Shown: one piece after another, positions 1 through 9,975 of the stretch
How the letters are laid out: each line of letters starts with the position of its first letter
Numbering within the stretch: the stretch's first letter is position 1
NCBI GenBank assembly: GCA_963817915.1
Contig: CAWFQL010000012.1
Span: 416,001-480,000, forward strand
Origin: an uncultured candidate division Zixibacteria bacterium
GTDB lineage: Bacteria > Zixibacteria > MSB-5A5 > UBA10806
Direction: 5' to 3'
DNA length: 64,000 nt
Position numbers and translations under genes: made by a program
Notes under the pieces: model-generated
What the model was told of the DNA's origin: nothing
Database searches by the model: none
Seen by the model: only the letters and a program-made list of their open reading frames with translations

Positions 1-1183
1 AAATCCCAGTGCCAGCGTGGGGCTGGTCGCTGGTCATTATCGGCGCTGTCTCGGGAATTCTCGGAGTGCTTTACGCTATTGCTCAGCATGATTTGAAAAG
101 ACTGCTGGCATATCATAGTGTCGAAAATATCGGAATAATATTCCTCGGTATTGGTATCGGAATTCTGGGTATTTGCTGGGGCAACAGTCTCATGGCGATT
201 TTGGGACTTTGCGGTGGATTACTTGCATGTGATTAACCATGCCATATTTAAGAGCCTTCTTTTTATGGGGGCAGGGGCGATCAAGCATGCCGCGGGGACA
301 TTGGAAATCGATAAATTAGGCGGACTGCTAAAAAAAATGCCCTTGACCGGATTAACATTTCTAACCGGCTCAATCGCAATTTCAGGACTACCACCTTTAA
401 ATGGTTTCGTAAGCGAATTCTTTATTTATTTCGCGTCACTTTCCAGTGTTTCGAGTACTCAACGACCATGGGCGGGTGTCCTTGTAATCTCGAGTTTGGC
501 GATTATCGGAGCTTTGGCGGCCGCCTGTTTCAGCAAAGCGTTTGGAGTAATATTCCTCGGCGAATCCGAAGTAATATCTTTGCCAATGCTCATGAAGTTC
601 ATTCTGCCATGCTGACTCCAATGATTATATTGGCGGGACTTTGCGTTTTTATGGGGTTGAGCGGATTCTGGCTTCTAAAGCTCGTATTGCCGGCCGCGCA
701 TCAATTTTTGCCTAATTCAAATGGCAGTTATTTCGCTTGATTCGCCGCGTATGGCTCTCAAATGGATTACATTGATAGGAATAGCGCTGATCATATTGCT
801 TTTTGCGATTGCGATTTTTAGAAAAATACTAATCAATGGACGTTCGGTACGGCAGGATGTGACCTGGGGATGCGGCTATACGGCGCCGTCTCCGAAAATG
901 CAATATACGGCATCATCGTTTGCCCAGCCGATCGTAAATATGTTTCGGGCAATATTGAGGCCGTCATCTTCTCTAAATTTATCATCGGAGTATTTTCCTT
1001 CAGAGCGCAGCCCTGCATTCCCATACTGACGATTTTTTCCTGAAGCGAATCTTTAGCCCGATATTCAAAGCCATGATATGGTTTGCGGGCGGTTTCAGAC
1101 GAATACAAATGGGTCAGACACATCTATATATTCTATATATCGCTGTCACCATTCTAATTCTGCTAATCTGGAGACTTGGATAG
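1..1183 (+). CDS. hyfB: HyfB/NuoL-like proton-translocating membrane subunit; 5'-truncated by window edge, interrupted by about 4 frameshifts (probably sequence errors)
   Basis: ORF pieces 9-236, 151-615, 468-740 and 721-1029 join into a HyfB-type protein (DLKRLLAYHSVENIG, NHAIFKSLLF, GLPPLNGFVSE, TWGCGY..MQYTASSF). Final piece ...IQMGQTHLYILYI..WRLG ends at TAG 1181-1183. Confidence 0.85.
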
Positions 1184-1186
1184 CCG

Positions 1187-2107
1187 ATGAAATCACTCTG
1201 GTCATTATCTCACATAATTACGGCTATTCTCCTTAGTCCACTTCTTCTCAGTGTAATCAATAGAACCAAGGCCTTTTTCGGAGGGCGGCATGGTCAGCGG
1301 CTTTTGCAGCCATATTTCGATATATTCAAACTTCTCCGCAAAGGAGCTGTTTATAGCGGGACCACAACTTGGATTTTTAAGGCGGGCCCCATGGTCAGCC
1401 TGGCTTCGATAATATTGGCTCTTACATTAACGCCTCTCGGAACCATTCGCGCTCTGATTGTTTTCCCCGGTGATATTATCGCGTTGGTTTATCTTTTTGG
1501 ATTGGCGAGGTTTTTCGTAGTAGCCGCCGCCCTTGATACAGGATCTTCATTCGAAGGCATGGGCGCGAGCAGAGAAGTGCAATTTTCTGTTCTGGCGGAG
1601 TTGGCGTTGATGCTTGGAATAATCGCGCTGGCGATTTTTGGAAAAAGCTTCTCTCTCACCTCGCTATATAGCCAGATTGGAGTAAAAGAATTGCCGTACA
1701 TGATTACCATGGCGCATATGCTTGTCGCCGCGGCCCTTTTGATAGTTTTGCTTTCTGAGAATGCCCGAATACCATTTGATGATCCCAATACGCATCTGGA
1801 GCTGACTATGATTCACGAAGTCATGGTCCTGGATCACGGTGGAGTCGATTTGGGATTTATACAAATCGGCTCGGCCCTGAAGCTTTGGATATTCGGAGCG
1901 CTTTTTATCGGCGCTGTCCTGCCGATAAATACTGGTCATGCCGGAATTAATCTGATAATTGGCGTCGTGGCCATTTTCACATTAATGGTTATCGTTGGAA
2001 TAATAGAATCAGTCATGGCACGATTGCGTTTACTTCGAGTGCCGCAGCTTTTGGTAACGGCATGTATTTTTTCATTATTGGCCCTGATAGCGGCGGTGAG
2101 GCAATAA
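1187..2107 (+). CDS. hyfC: HyfC/HycD (NuoH-like) membrane subunit
   Basis: LLQPYFDIFKLLRK, ALDTGSSFEGMGASRE and ENARIPFDDPNTHLELTMIHEVM motifs. Confidence 0.9.
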   Translation: MKSLWSLSHIITAILLSPLLLSVINRTKAFFGGRHGQRLLQPYFDIFKLLRKGAVYSGTTTWIFKAGPMVSLASIILALTLTPLGTIRALIVFPGDIIALVYLFGLARFFVVAAALDTGSSFEGMGASREVQFSVLAELALMLGIIALAIFGKSFSLTSLYSQIGVKELPYMITMAHMLVAAALLIVLLSENARIPFDDPNTHLELTMIHEVMVLDHGGVDLGFIQIGSALKLWIFGALFIGAVLPINTGHAGINLIIGVVAIFTLMVIVGIIESVMARLRLLRVPQLLVTACIFSLLALIAAVRQ

Positions 2108-2752
2108 ATGGAATCACTAATTGGGGTTTTGACCGTCCTTTTGATCCTGCTTAATTTTCGGCTTTTGGGAACGAGTCGTTTGGGGGCAGGAATACAGACA
2201 GTCGCGATTCAGGCGATTGTATTGGGCATATTACCTGTATTGACAAATCCGTTGCCTTCGATACAATTTGGAATCGTGCTTTCAGCGGCGACAATACTGA
2301 AAGCCGGAGTAATGCCATCGCTCATTCGGCAGGCGGCTCGCGAGGCAGGTGTCCAACGGGAGATTGAGCCTATCGCTGGTTTTACAACATCGCTCTTGAT
2401 AGGCATCGGCCTTTTCGCCGTATGTATAGGCATATCTTATCGCCTTCATTTGCCGGCCCAGATGAAATCGGGACTGCTGGTTGCAGTTGCCTTGTTTACG
2501 GTTTTTTGCGGCTTCTTCCTGATTATCTTCAGGCGAAAAGCGGTTACTCAAGTACTTGGTTATCTAGTTATGGAAAATGGAATTTATCTTTTCGGAATGG
2601 CATTTGCAGTGCATGAAGTTTTCCTCGTTGAAATTGGCATTTTATTGGATGTCTTCGCGGCAGTATTCGTGATGGGGATTGCGATTTATCATATCAGCCG
2701 CGAATTCGATCATATCGATTCCGATAAAATGTCCTCATTGGAGGAACGATAA
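2108..2752 (+). CDS. hyfE: HyfE-like membrane subunit
   Basis: Hydrophobic; QVLGYLVMENGI and EIGILLDVF motifs; operon position. Confidence 0.85.
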   Translation: MESLIGVLTVLLILLNFRLLGTSRLGAGIQTVAIQAIVLGILPVLTNPLPSIQFGIVLSAATILKAGVMPSLIRQAAREAGVQREIEPIAGFTTSLLIGIGLFAVCIGISYRLHLPAQMKSGLLVAVALFTVFCGFFLIIFRRKAVTQVLGYLVMENGIYLFGMAFAVHEVFLVEIGILLDVFAAVFVMGIAIYHISREFDHIDSDKMSSLEER

Positions 2753-2753
2753 A

Positions 2754-4223
2754 GTGATCTGGGCGCTAATTTTCCTGCCTGTCGTCTCGGGCGGCCTGGC
2801 ATTTTTGATTAAAAACGATAGCCTTCGTCGAAGCTTGCTTTTGGCAGCTTCATTCATACATCTTGCCCTTATTGGAATTGTATTTTTAAGATTCGACGGC
2901 TTATCGCAGGAAAGCTGGCTGGGTATAGACGCGTTATCGCTCCTATTTCTGGGAATTACAGATATTTTATTTTTGGCGGCATCCATTTATGCTGTTGGAT
3001 ACCTGAGGCATAAATCCGAGAGCTCCGATCCCAAATCAATTTCACGCGTAGATTCCGGCCTCAGCGCGGAGACAGTTCTAACTGGATGCATGCTTTTATT
3101 TCTCGGTTCGATGACCCTCGTAATGGTAAGCCGCCACCTTGGCTTGCTCTGGGTTGGTATCGAGGCTACGACCTTAAGCAGCGCGCCATTGATATATTTT
3201 AACCGAAATCAGGGAAGCCTCGAGGCGACCTGGAGATACCTGCTGATCTGTTCGGTCGGTATCGCCCTGGCGCTATTGGGGAATTTCTTCCTGGCTGTCG
3301 CCACTTCAGTCGCGGCCAATGAACAGATGCGTCTGTCATTGGATCAATTAACCCGGCATGCTCGATACCTGGACCCGACCTGGCTTAAAGCGGGATTTTT
3401 ACTATTGCTTGTTGGCTACGGCACTAAAATGGGGTTGGTGCCGATGCATACCTGGCTCCCGGACGCCCATAGCGAAGCACCCGCGATGGTCTCGGCGTTA
3501 TTATCGGGGGCATTGCTTAACTGCGCCTTTGTCGGAATTCTTCGAGTTCTGACAATACTGACAGCTGCCGGTCTTGGCGATTTCGGAAGGCAGCAAATGC
3601 TTTTGTTTGGAATGATATCTATGGCAGTCGCGGCCTTATTTCTAATCCTGCAAACCGATTTCAAACGGATGCTTGCCTATTCGAGCATTGAGCATATGGG
3701 CGTGCTGGCGCTGGGAATCGGCCTCGGAAGCGCTGCAGGTTTCGGGGCGCTATTTCACGCGCTTAATCACTCATTGGCAAAGGCGGCCTTATTCTTGATT
3801 GCGGGAAATATTCTGATTATCTATAAAACTAAAAAAAGCGAAAATATCGTTGGCATATCGGCGAGCCACCCCTTAACAGCGGTATTATGGGCGGGAGGGA
3901 CTCTCGCGATTTTGGGATCGCCGCCATTCGGACTTTTCAGCAGTGAGCTAATGATTCTCAAAGGCATAATTTCAAATAGTCAATGGTGGATAGCCGCCGG
4001 ATATCTCATATCGTTGGCCGTCGCTCTTTCTGCGATTTCATACAAAGTTTTCAGAATGATTTTCGGAGCGCCGACCGAGCCGTCATTAAAGAAGTTCGAT
4101 AAGCCGTGGATGATTATCGCGCCATCGATATTGATATTGTGCGTGCTTATTATAGGAATTTATTTGCCGCAACCATTGGCAGATTTACTTACATCGGCGA
4201 GCGCGGCAATAGTGGGTAAATAA
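2754..4223 (+). CDS. hyfF: HyfF-like proton-translocating membrane subunit
   Basis: EATWRYLLICSVG, GTKMGLVPMHTWLPDAHSEAP, KRMLAYSSIEH. GTG start at 2754 directly after the hyfE stop. Confidence 0.88.
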   Translation: MIWALIFLPVVSGGLAFLIKNDSLRRSLLLAASFIHLALIGIVFLRFDGLSQESWLGIDALSLLFLGITDILFLAASIYAVGYLRHKSESSDPKSISRVDSGLSAETVLTGCMLLFLGSMTLVMVSRHLGLLWVGIEATTLSSAPLIYFNRNQGSLEATWRYLLICSVGIALALLGNFFLAVATSVAANEQMRLSLDQLTRHARYLDPTWLKAGFLLLLVGYGTKMGLVPMHTWLPDAHSEAPAMVSALLSGALLNCAFVGILRVLTILTAAGLGDFGRQQMLLFGMISMAVAALFLILQTDFKRMLAYSSIEHMGVLALGIGLGSAAGFGALFHALNHSLAKAALFLIAGNILIIYKTKKSENIVGISASHPLTAVLWAGGTLAILGSPPFGLFSSELMILKGIISNSQWWIAAGYLISLAVALSAISYKVFRMIFGAPTEPSLKKFDKPWMIIAPSILILCVLIIGIYLPQPLADLLTSASAAIVGK

Positions 4224-5713
4224 TGAATATCAAAGCATTAGAAATACATAATGGCAGCGCTATTTCTTTGAATGATTGTCCGCTTGTTTCAATCGAGGAT
4301 TTTAGAGAAGCAATTATTTCCGATATTGAAAATGACTGCCATATCTCGGCGCTATTTTGTTCGCCGATCGAAAATGATTTTAGATTATATGCGATCATAA
4401 ATAATCCGCCGCAGGGGATTCTGAAAGTTATTTCCTGCAATGTTGGAAAAGAATATCCTTCGATTACTCTCGAATGCCCTCAGGCGCATCTTTTTGAACG
4501 AGAAATATTTGAAAGTTGGGGCATCAATCCCATCGGCCATCCCTGGCTGAAAAAAGTGCGCTTTCCTTCATCAAATGATTCAAAGAAATCATCAGGCATT
4601 GGCAAGGTGGATTATTTTTCAATCAAAGGTTCCGATGTTCACGAGGTCGCGGTCGGGCCGGTTCATGCCGGAGTAATCGAACCGGGACATTTCCGTTTCC
4701 AATGCCACGGCGAGACAGTCTATCATCTGGAAATATCGTTAGGCTATCAGCATCGGGGAATCGAGCAGGCGTTGGTTGGAGGTCCCAATCAACGAACCTT
4801 GCATTACATGGAAACTCTCGCCGGAGATACGACAATCGGCCACGCTACCGCTTATAGCCAGATAATGGAATCGCTAAGTCGTATCAATGTCCCGCCATCG
4901 GCTCTGAGTATTCGAGGAATCGCTGAGGAATTAGAGCGGTTGGCCAATCATGCGGGAGATCTCGGCGCGATTGCCGGGGATATCGGCTTTTTACCGACTC
5001 AAAATTACTGTGGTCGGATTAGAGGCGATATTCTGAATATCACTGCCATGCTGTGCGGAAGTCGATTCGGCCGAGGGCTCGTAATTCCAGGCGGCGTGAA
5101 TTACAATATCAGCTCAAAAATGGCGGATCAAATATTGGCAAAGATCGAGACAATCTATTATGATCTCGAAAATGCAATTACTTTGCTTTTTGAGACACCG
5201 TCGGTATTGGCACGGTTGGAGGCTGTAGGAGTACTATCGAATACGGCGGCGAAAGAAATCGGTATCGTGGGTTTGGCGGCGCGCGCTTCGGGCCTCGAAC
5301 TTGATATCCGCAATCAGTTCCCATACGGAATCTACAGATTTTCCAGTTTGCCGGTATTCACACAAGCCGCCGGTGATTGCCTGGCGCGGGCCTATATTCG
5401 TTGGCTTGAAATAAAGCAATCAATTCTATTTATCCAGCAGCAGGTCAAATCACTCGGTAACGGGAAGAATGCCAATGAGCTCAGAGAAATTCAAACCGGA
5501 ATGCTGGCGGTGTCGTTGGTGGAGGGCTGGCGCGGAGAGATTTGCCATGTAGCTATTACAAATGAAAACGGGAAATTTTCTACATACAAAATAATTGATC
5601 CATCATTTCATAATTGGTTTGGATTGGCGTATGCGATGAGAAACCAGGAGATTTCTGATTTCCCATTGTGCAATAAAAGCTTCAACCTGTCTTACTGCGG
5701 ACACGATTTATAA
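4223..5713 (+). CDS. HycE/HyfG-like (NuoCD-like) large subunit of an Ehr complex, lacking NiFe CxxC motifs
   Basis: GPVHAGVIEPGHFRF, ELERLANH, VEGWRGE, DPSFHNW, DFPLCNKSFNLSYCGHDL. Confidence 0.88.
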   Translation: MNIKALEIHNGSAISLNDCPLVSIEDFREAIISDIENDCHISALFCSPIENDFRLYAIINNPPQGILKVISCNVGKEYPSITLECPQAHLFEREIFESWGINPIGHPWLKKVRFPSSNDSKKSSGIGKVDYFSIKGSDVHEVAVGPVHAGVIEPGHFRFQCHGETVYHLEISLGYQHRGIEQALVGGPNQRTLHYMETLAGDTTIGHATAYSQIMESLSRINVPPSALSIRGIAEELERLANHAGDLGAIAGDIGFLPTQNYCGRIRGDILNITAMLCGSRFGRGLVIPGGVNYNISSKMADQILAKIETIYYDLENAITLLFETPSVLARLEAVGVLSNTAAKEIGIVGLAARASGLELDIRNQFPYGIYRFSSLPVFTQAAGDCLARAYIRWLEIKQSILFIQQQVKSLGNGKNANELREIQTGMLAVSLVEGWRGEICHVAITNENGKFSTYKIIDPSFHNWFGLAYAMRNQEISDFPLCNKSFNLSYCGHDL

Positions 5714-5725
5714 AGGGATAATCCA

Positions 5726-6490
5726 ATGCTCGCTATCTTGAAAGCCAGATTTATACAAAAATATAGGACCATGAGATATCCAAACGGTCCATTGCCCGAG
5801 CTATCAGATCGCTTTATTGGGAGACCGATAATTAAAAAAGATTGCGTTAAAGACTGCCATTCCTGTCAGGATATCTGCCCCACAAAGGCAATCAAAATAG
5901 TATCGGGAAAGCTGCAACTGGACATGGGGCGATGCCTTTTCTGCAGAAGATGCGAGAAGGCGTGCAAACAGAATGTTATCGAATTTTCGATCAATCACAG
6001 GCTGGCGGCGGCAAAACGCAGCGACCTTATTGTAGGTATCGATTCCCCCGACCGGGCAGAGGCCGTAAATAAAACCGCGGTTAAGTTTTTTGCCAATTCA
6101 CTAAAACTCCGCCAGGTTTCATGCGGCGGTTGCAACGCCTGCGAGGCCGATTCCAATGTTCTCTCGACCCCTGCCTGGGATATGGGACGGTTCGGGATTT
6201 CATTCGTTGCCTCGCCGAGGTACGCCGATAGTTTACTGATTACCGGGCCAGTCACCGAGAATATGAGAGAGGCGCTTCTAATGACCTACAACGCCTTGCC
6301 TGAACCTCGAGTTGTAATTGCGGTTGGTTCCTGCGCGGTCAATGGCGGGCCGTATATCGATCACAAATCTGTCTTGAATGGCCCCGATAAAATATTGCCT
6401 GTCGACCTGTATATTCCGGGATGCCCGCCGCATCCCTTGACAATTCTCGACGGTCTCCTGAGATTCATAGGAAAAACGCCCAAAGATTAA
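5726..6490 (+). CDS. Ferredoxin-fused NuoB/HycG-like small subunit
   Basis: Two CxxCxxCxxxC-like motifs followed by GGCNACE, ASPRYAD, GSCA and PGCPPHP. Confidence 0.88.
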   Translation: MLAILKARFIQKYRTMRYPNGPLPELSDRFIGRPIIKKDCVKDCHSCQDICPTKAIKIVSGKLQLDMGRCLFCRRCEKACKQNVIEFSINHRLAAAKRSDLIVGIDSPDRAEAVNKTAVKFFANSLKLRQVSCGGCNACEADSNVLSTPAWDMGRFGISFVASPRYADSLLITGPVTENMREALLMTYNALPEPRVVIAVGSCAVNGGPYIDHKSVLNGPDKILPVDLYIPGCPPHPLTILDGLLRFIGKTPKD

Positions 6491-6554
6491 TCGGGCGGCG
6501 GAGTGCAGGAGTGACTAAACTTCTCGCGAATTCATATTCCGCAAAGGAGGAAAT

Positions 6555-7037
6555 ATCTTTAACGCAGAATCCCTTTCCGAATTCCACAAGCGGGTGCATG
6601 GCAATCTAACGAAATTGCTTGAGCACTGCAGTCAATTCAATGCAGAAGAGTTGAATCGAGAAATAGCTGGCTTTGGCTATCCGACCATTCGCCTGCAGCT
6701 GCATCATGAGATTGCCGGAGAAAAATACTGGATCGGCGTAATACAGGGACGGATGGATGTTGACGATGACGACCCGGATTATCCTACAATCGAATCATTG
6801 GAGGCATACTGCCAGCAGATATTTTCAGCGACCGAGAAATATCTGCATTCCGCCTCGCCGGATGAATTAAATTCCCCGCGCCGCATGATAACCTGGGGCA
6901 ACAAAGAACGCATATTGATACCGGCCCACATAATCATTCGAACACAGACTCATTACTACCATCATCAAGGCCAGATTGTCGCCATTTGCCGCCTGCTCGG
7001 CAAACCGCTCAATGGGAATGACTATCCGATAGAATAA
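6555..7037 (+). CDS. DinB family protein
   Basis: FGYPTIRLQLHH and THYYHHQGQ motifs. The open frame extends upstream of GTG 6594 to an ATC at 6555, just after an AAGGAGG RBS. Confidence 0.75.
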   Translation: MFNAESLSEFHKRVHGNLTKLLEHCSQFNAEELNREIAGFGYPTIRLQLHHEIAGEKYWIGVIQGRMDVDDDDPDYPTIESLEAYCQQIFSATEKYLHSASPDELNSPRRMITWGNKERILIPAHIIIRTQTHYYHHQGQIVAICRLLGKPLNGNDYPIE

Positions 7038-7088
7038 GAGACAAACATAGGTTCTGCTTTATATTAACGAGAATAAAGATTTAAGCTA

Positions 7089-9239
7089 TTATTTGTCCGA
7101 GTCGAGGCTGTCCGAATTACTTAATTTCATTCCGAAAGCGTTAAAAAGGAATGAATAAATATCGGTTTGTTCTTCGACAGTTTTCGATAATGGTTTTCCA
7201 GTGCCATGACCGGCTTCTGTCTCGACCCTTAGCAGTTTGGGTCTTTGGCCATCATCGATTGCTTGTAAGGCCGCAATGAATTTATAAGAGTGAAGAGGGG
7301 GGACGCGGTCATCGTTCTCTCCGGTCGTAACCAAAATGGGTGGGTACTTTTTCCATTTTTTTACATTGTGGATGGGTGAATAAGAATACAAATATTTAAA
7401 ACAGGAAAAGCCTTCATCAACACTTCCATATTCGCTTGTCCATTTACTTCCGACCGTAAATTTTTGATAACGAAGCATATCCGTAACCGGTACCTGGCAG
7501 ATTACAGCTCCGAAAAGGTCTGGGTGCTGTTCCATTGTAGCCGCAACTAATAAACCCCCATTACTGCCACCTTTTATCGCCAATTTCGATGGCGAAGTAA
7601 TTTTGCCTTTGATCAGCCATTTGGCTGCTTCCGTAAAATCGTCAAAGCAGTTCTGTTTGAATCTTCTCTTGCCGCCTTGATGCCAATTCGGTCCGAATTC
7701 ACCGCCGCCCCTTATATTTGCTACCGCGTATACGCCCCCACTCTGAAGCCACATTAAATTGGCTGCGGAAAATGAGGGCTCCATATTAACACCGAAGCCT
7801 CCGTAACCATAAAGCAAAGTGGGGTTATTTCCGTCGCATAGCAGGTCCCTATTGTAAGTAATAAACATGGGTACCGTTACGTGATCAGATTCATAGTAAA
7901 CCTGGCGAGTGACAAACTTTGAAAAATCAATATCATACTGAGGTCTATAAAATTGCTCAAATTTATCACTTTTGAAATCATAGCGGTATACTGTGGGGGG
8001 CACCACGAACGACTGGAATGTAAGAAACATCTCCGAATCTTCTTTCGCCCCCGAGAGAGCAGAAAAAGTGCCAATTGTCGGCAATTTTAATTCCCTGACA
8101 AATTTGCCGTCAATATCGAAAATCTTAATTATATTCTGAACGCTATATAGATATATCGCCACAAACTGATTATTGACCATGATGGCATATTCCAGGATAT
8201 CGTCACTTGGGGGAATGATTTCGCGCCATTCTTTCTTGGAAGGCTTATCCAAATCGATAGCCACGACTTTACCCGTGAGACTCTTGAGTCCCGTTTTGAA
8301 AAAGAACGTCTTTCCTTGATTGCCTATATAGTAATAGTTTACGTTTTCCTTTTTCATTAGCTGAACGAAATTGCCGCCTGATTCAAGGTCGCGATAAAAA
8401 ATATCTAGTTTACTGTCAGAGCCGCGATAAACATATATGAAGAAATATTTGCCATCATCGGAGATGAAAGGAACCGGAACTGATTCCTTATCTTTTGGTG
8501 TCTCAAAAATCAATGAATCCTGCGATTGAGGCGTGCCCAATTTATGCCAATAAATTCGGCTATAATTGTATTGATCGTTTTCCGCTACTGTTTCAGGATC
8601 AGGCCAACGATTGTAGAAAAAACCGCCGTCCGCCGGATCCCAGGCGATATCAACGAATTTGCACCATTTCAATATTTCGTCATAATTCTTGCCGGAATCA
8701 ATATCCCTGATATGAACTTCCTGCCTATCGCTGCCGCCATACGAGAGCGCGTAAGCGAGATATCTGCCATCGAGGCTAAATGCTGTATTGGTAATAGCAA
8801 CTGTTCCATCGGAGCTAAGTTGATTTGGGTCCAGGATAATAATTTGCTCGCTGTCGAGGGATTTTCGCATTCTCAGGATAGGTTGATTTTGAATGCCATC
8901 TCTGCCGAAGTAAAAATAGCGATCGCCATGTTTTAAAGGCATGGAATTATCTCTGAGGCTGCTATTATTGGTCAGAAAATTTCTGATATGCTCCCTTTGC
9001 GAAATTGTATCAAGATACGCATGTGTAAGGCTGTCCTGGGCATTGGCCCATGCTTTTGTTTCCGGGGATTCCGTTTCTTCCAGCCAACGATATGGATCCC
9101 TGACCTTCTCACCATTAAAATAATCGACAGCGTTCTCGGTTCTGGTTTTCGGATAGATGATATTTTGGGCAAAAATAATTGATGAACTCGCCAAGATTAT
9201 AAAGATGATTCCGAGGTTATTATTTTTGATTTTCATCAA
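7089..9239 (-). CDS. Prolyl oligopeptidase (S9A), secreted
   Basis: Signal peptide; DPYRWLE, LLYGYGGF, catalytic GGSNGG, DDRV, AGHG. Confidence 0.93.
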   Translation of the reverse strand: MMKIKNNNLGIIFIILASSSIIFAQNIIYPKTRTENAVDYFNGEKVRDPYRWLEETESPETKAWANAQDSLTHAYLDTISQREHIRNFLTNNSSLRDNSMPLKHGDRYFYFGRDGIQNQPILRMRKSLDSEQIIILDPNQLSSDGTVAITNTAFSLDGRYLAYALSYGGSDRQEVHIRDIDSGKNYDEILKWCKFVDIAWDPADGGFFYNRWPDPETVAENDQYNYSRIYWHKLGTPQSQDSLIFETPKDKESVPVPFISDDGKYFFIYVYRGSDSKLDIFYRDLESGGNFVQLMKKENVNYYYIGNQGKTFFFKTGLKSLTGKVVAIDLDKPSKKEWREIIPPSDDILEYAIMVNNQFVAIYLYSVQNIIKIFDIDGKFVRELKLPTIGTFSALSGAKEDSEMFLTFQSFVVPPTVYRYDFKSDKFEQFYRPQYDIDFSKFVTRQVYYESDHVTVPMFITYNRDLLCDGNNPTLLYGYGGFGVNMEPSFSAANLMWLQSGGVYAVANIRGGGEFGPNWHQGGKRRFKQNCFDDFTEAAKWLIKGKITSPSKLAIKGGSNGGLLVAATMEQHPDLFGAVICQVPVTDMLRYQKFTVGSKWTSEYGSVDEGFSCFKYLYSYSPIHNVKKWKKYPPILVTTGENDDRVPPLHSYKFIAALQAIDDGQRPKLLRVETEAGHGTGKPLSKTVEEQTDIYSFLFNAFGMKLSNSDSLDSDK

Positions 9240-9390
9240 GGTTATTTCGTTTCCTTAATTGTTGTCAAATTATAACAGCGTAATACTATGAATTATTATT
9301 AGAATCCGCCTCCATAGTCAAGCGTGAATTTGAAGGTTTTCTATTGGGGCTGAATAGCATCAAACGCCCTCAGCTTTAATTTCGTCAAAC

Positions 9391-9420
9391 AAAAAAGGGC
9401 CGGCACTTATGCCAGCCCTT
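9391..9420 (-). terminator. Intrinsic terminator of RRM gene 1
   Basis: Minus strand GGGCTGGCA-TAAG-TGCCGGCCC followed by a T-run. Confidence 0.8.
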
Positions 9421-9496
9421 AGCTTATCGGTCATCCGCCCTAGGGCGGAAGCATTCGATATTGCAGGTCGAAACCTTCACGGTTTCAACTTAGCCC

Positions 9497-9799
9497 TTAG
9501 TAGCGGGAACGTCCGCCGCCGCCGCCTCTACCGCCGCGATCGCCGCCGCCGCCTTCAGTGCGGGGCTTTGCGACGTTGACTGTCAATGCACGACCGTCGA
9601 GCTCTTTGCCATTAAGATTGGCAATAGCCGCTTCGGCCTCTGACTGATTGGGCATCTCGATGAATCCGAATCCCTTGGATTCTCCACTCATCTTGTCCTT
9701 AATGATGTTTGCTGACGAAACCTGTCCGTGGGCTTCAAATGCCGCACGAAGATCGTCTACTGCTGTCTGTCTTGAAAGATTTCCGACGAATAAATTCAT
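9497..9799 (-). CDS. RRM (RNP-1) RNA-binding protein with Gly/Arg-rich tail
   Basis: RNP2 LFVGNL, RNP1 KGFGFIEM, GGGGDRGGRGGG tail. Confidence 0.95.
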   Translation of the reverse strand: MNLFVGNLSRQTAVDDLRAAFEAHGQVSSANIIKDKMSGESKGFGFIEMPNQSEAEAAIANLNGKELDGRALTVNVAKPRTEGGGGDRGGRGGGGGRSRY

Positions 9800-9969
9800 C
9801 GTTTTCTCCTTTTTTCGTTCAACTTGCCGCTCACTTCGTTAGGAGCGATTTTTCCGGCAAAATTAAACACATTGGTGCGCGTCATTGCGCTTTGTGTCTC
9901 CCGATTAATTTCGTCCAAGGATTGAGTGTTAGGCAAGGCTTGAGAAAACTAATAACGGGGATCGTTACC
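9800..9969 (-). promoter_or_regulatory. Conserved structured 5' leader of RRM gene 1
   Basis: Near-identical to 52686-52854; several shared hairpins. Confidence 0.65.
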
Positions 9970-9975
9970 GCAATA

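Noticed and set aside
4223..5713. Functional NiFe hydrogenase or formate hydrogenlyase
   Set aside because: Both Ni-binding CxxC motifs are missing.
9306..9314. CCGCCTCCA resembling another tmRNA att copy
   Set aside because: Only 9 nt, opposite orientation and no T-loop sequence; compatible with chance.
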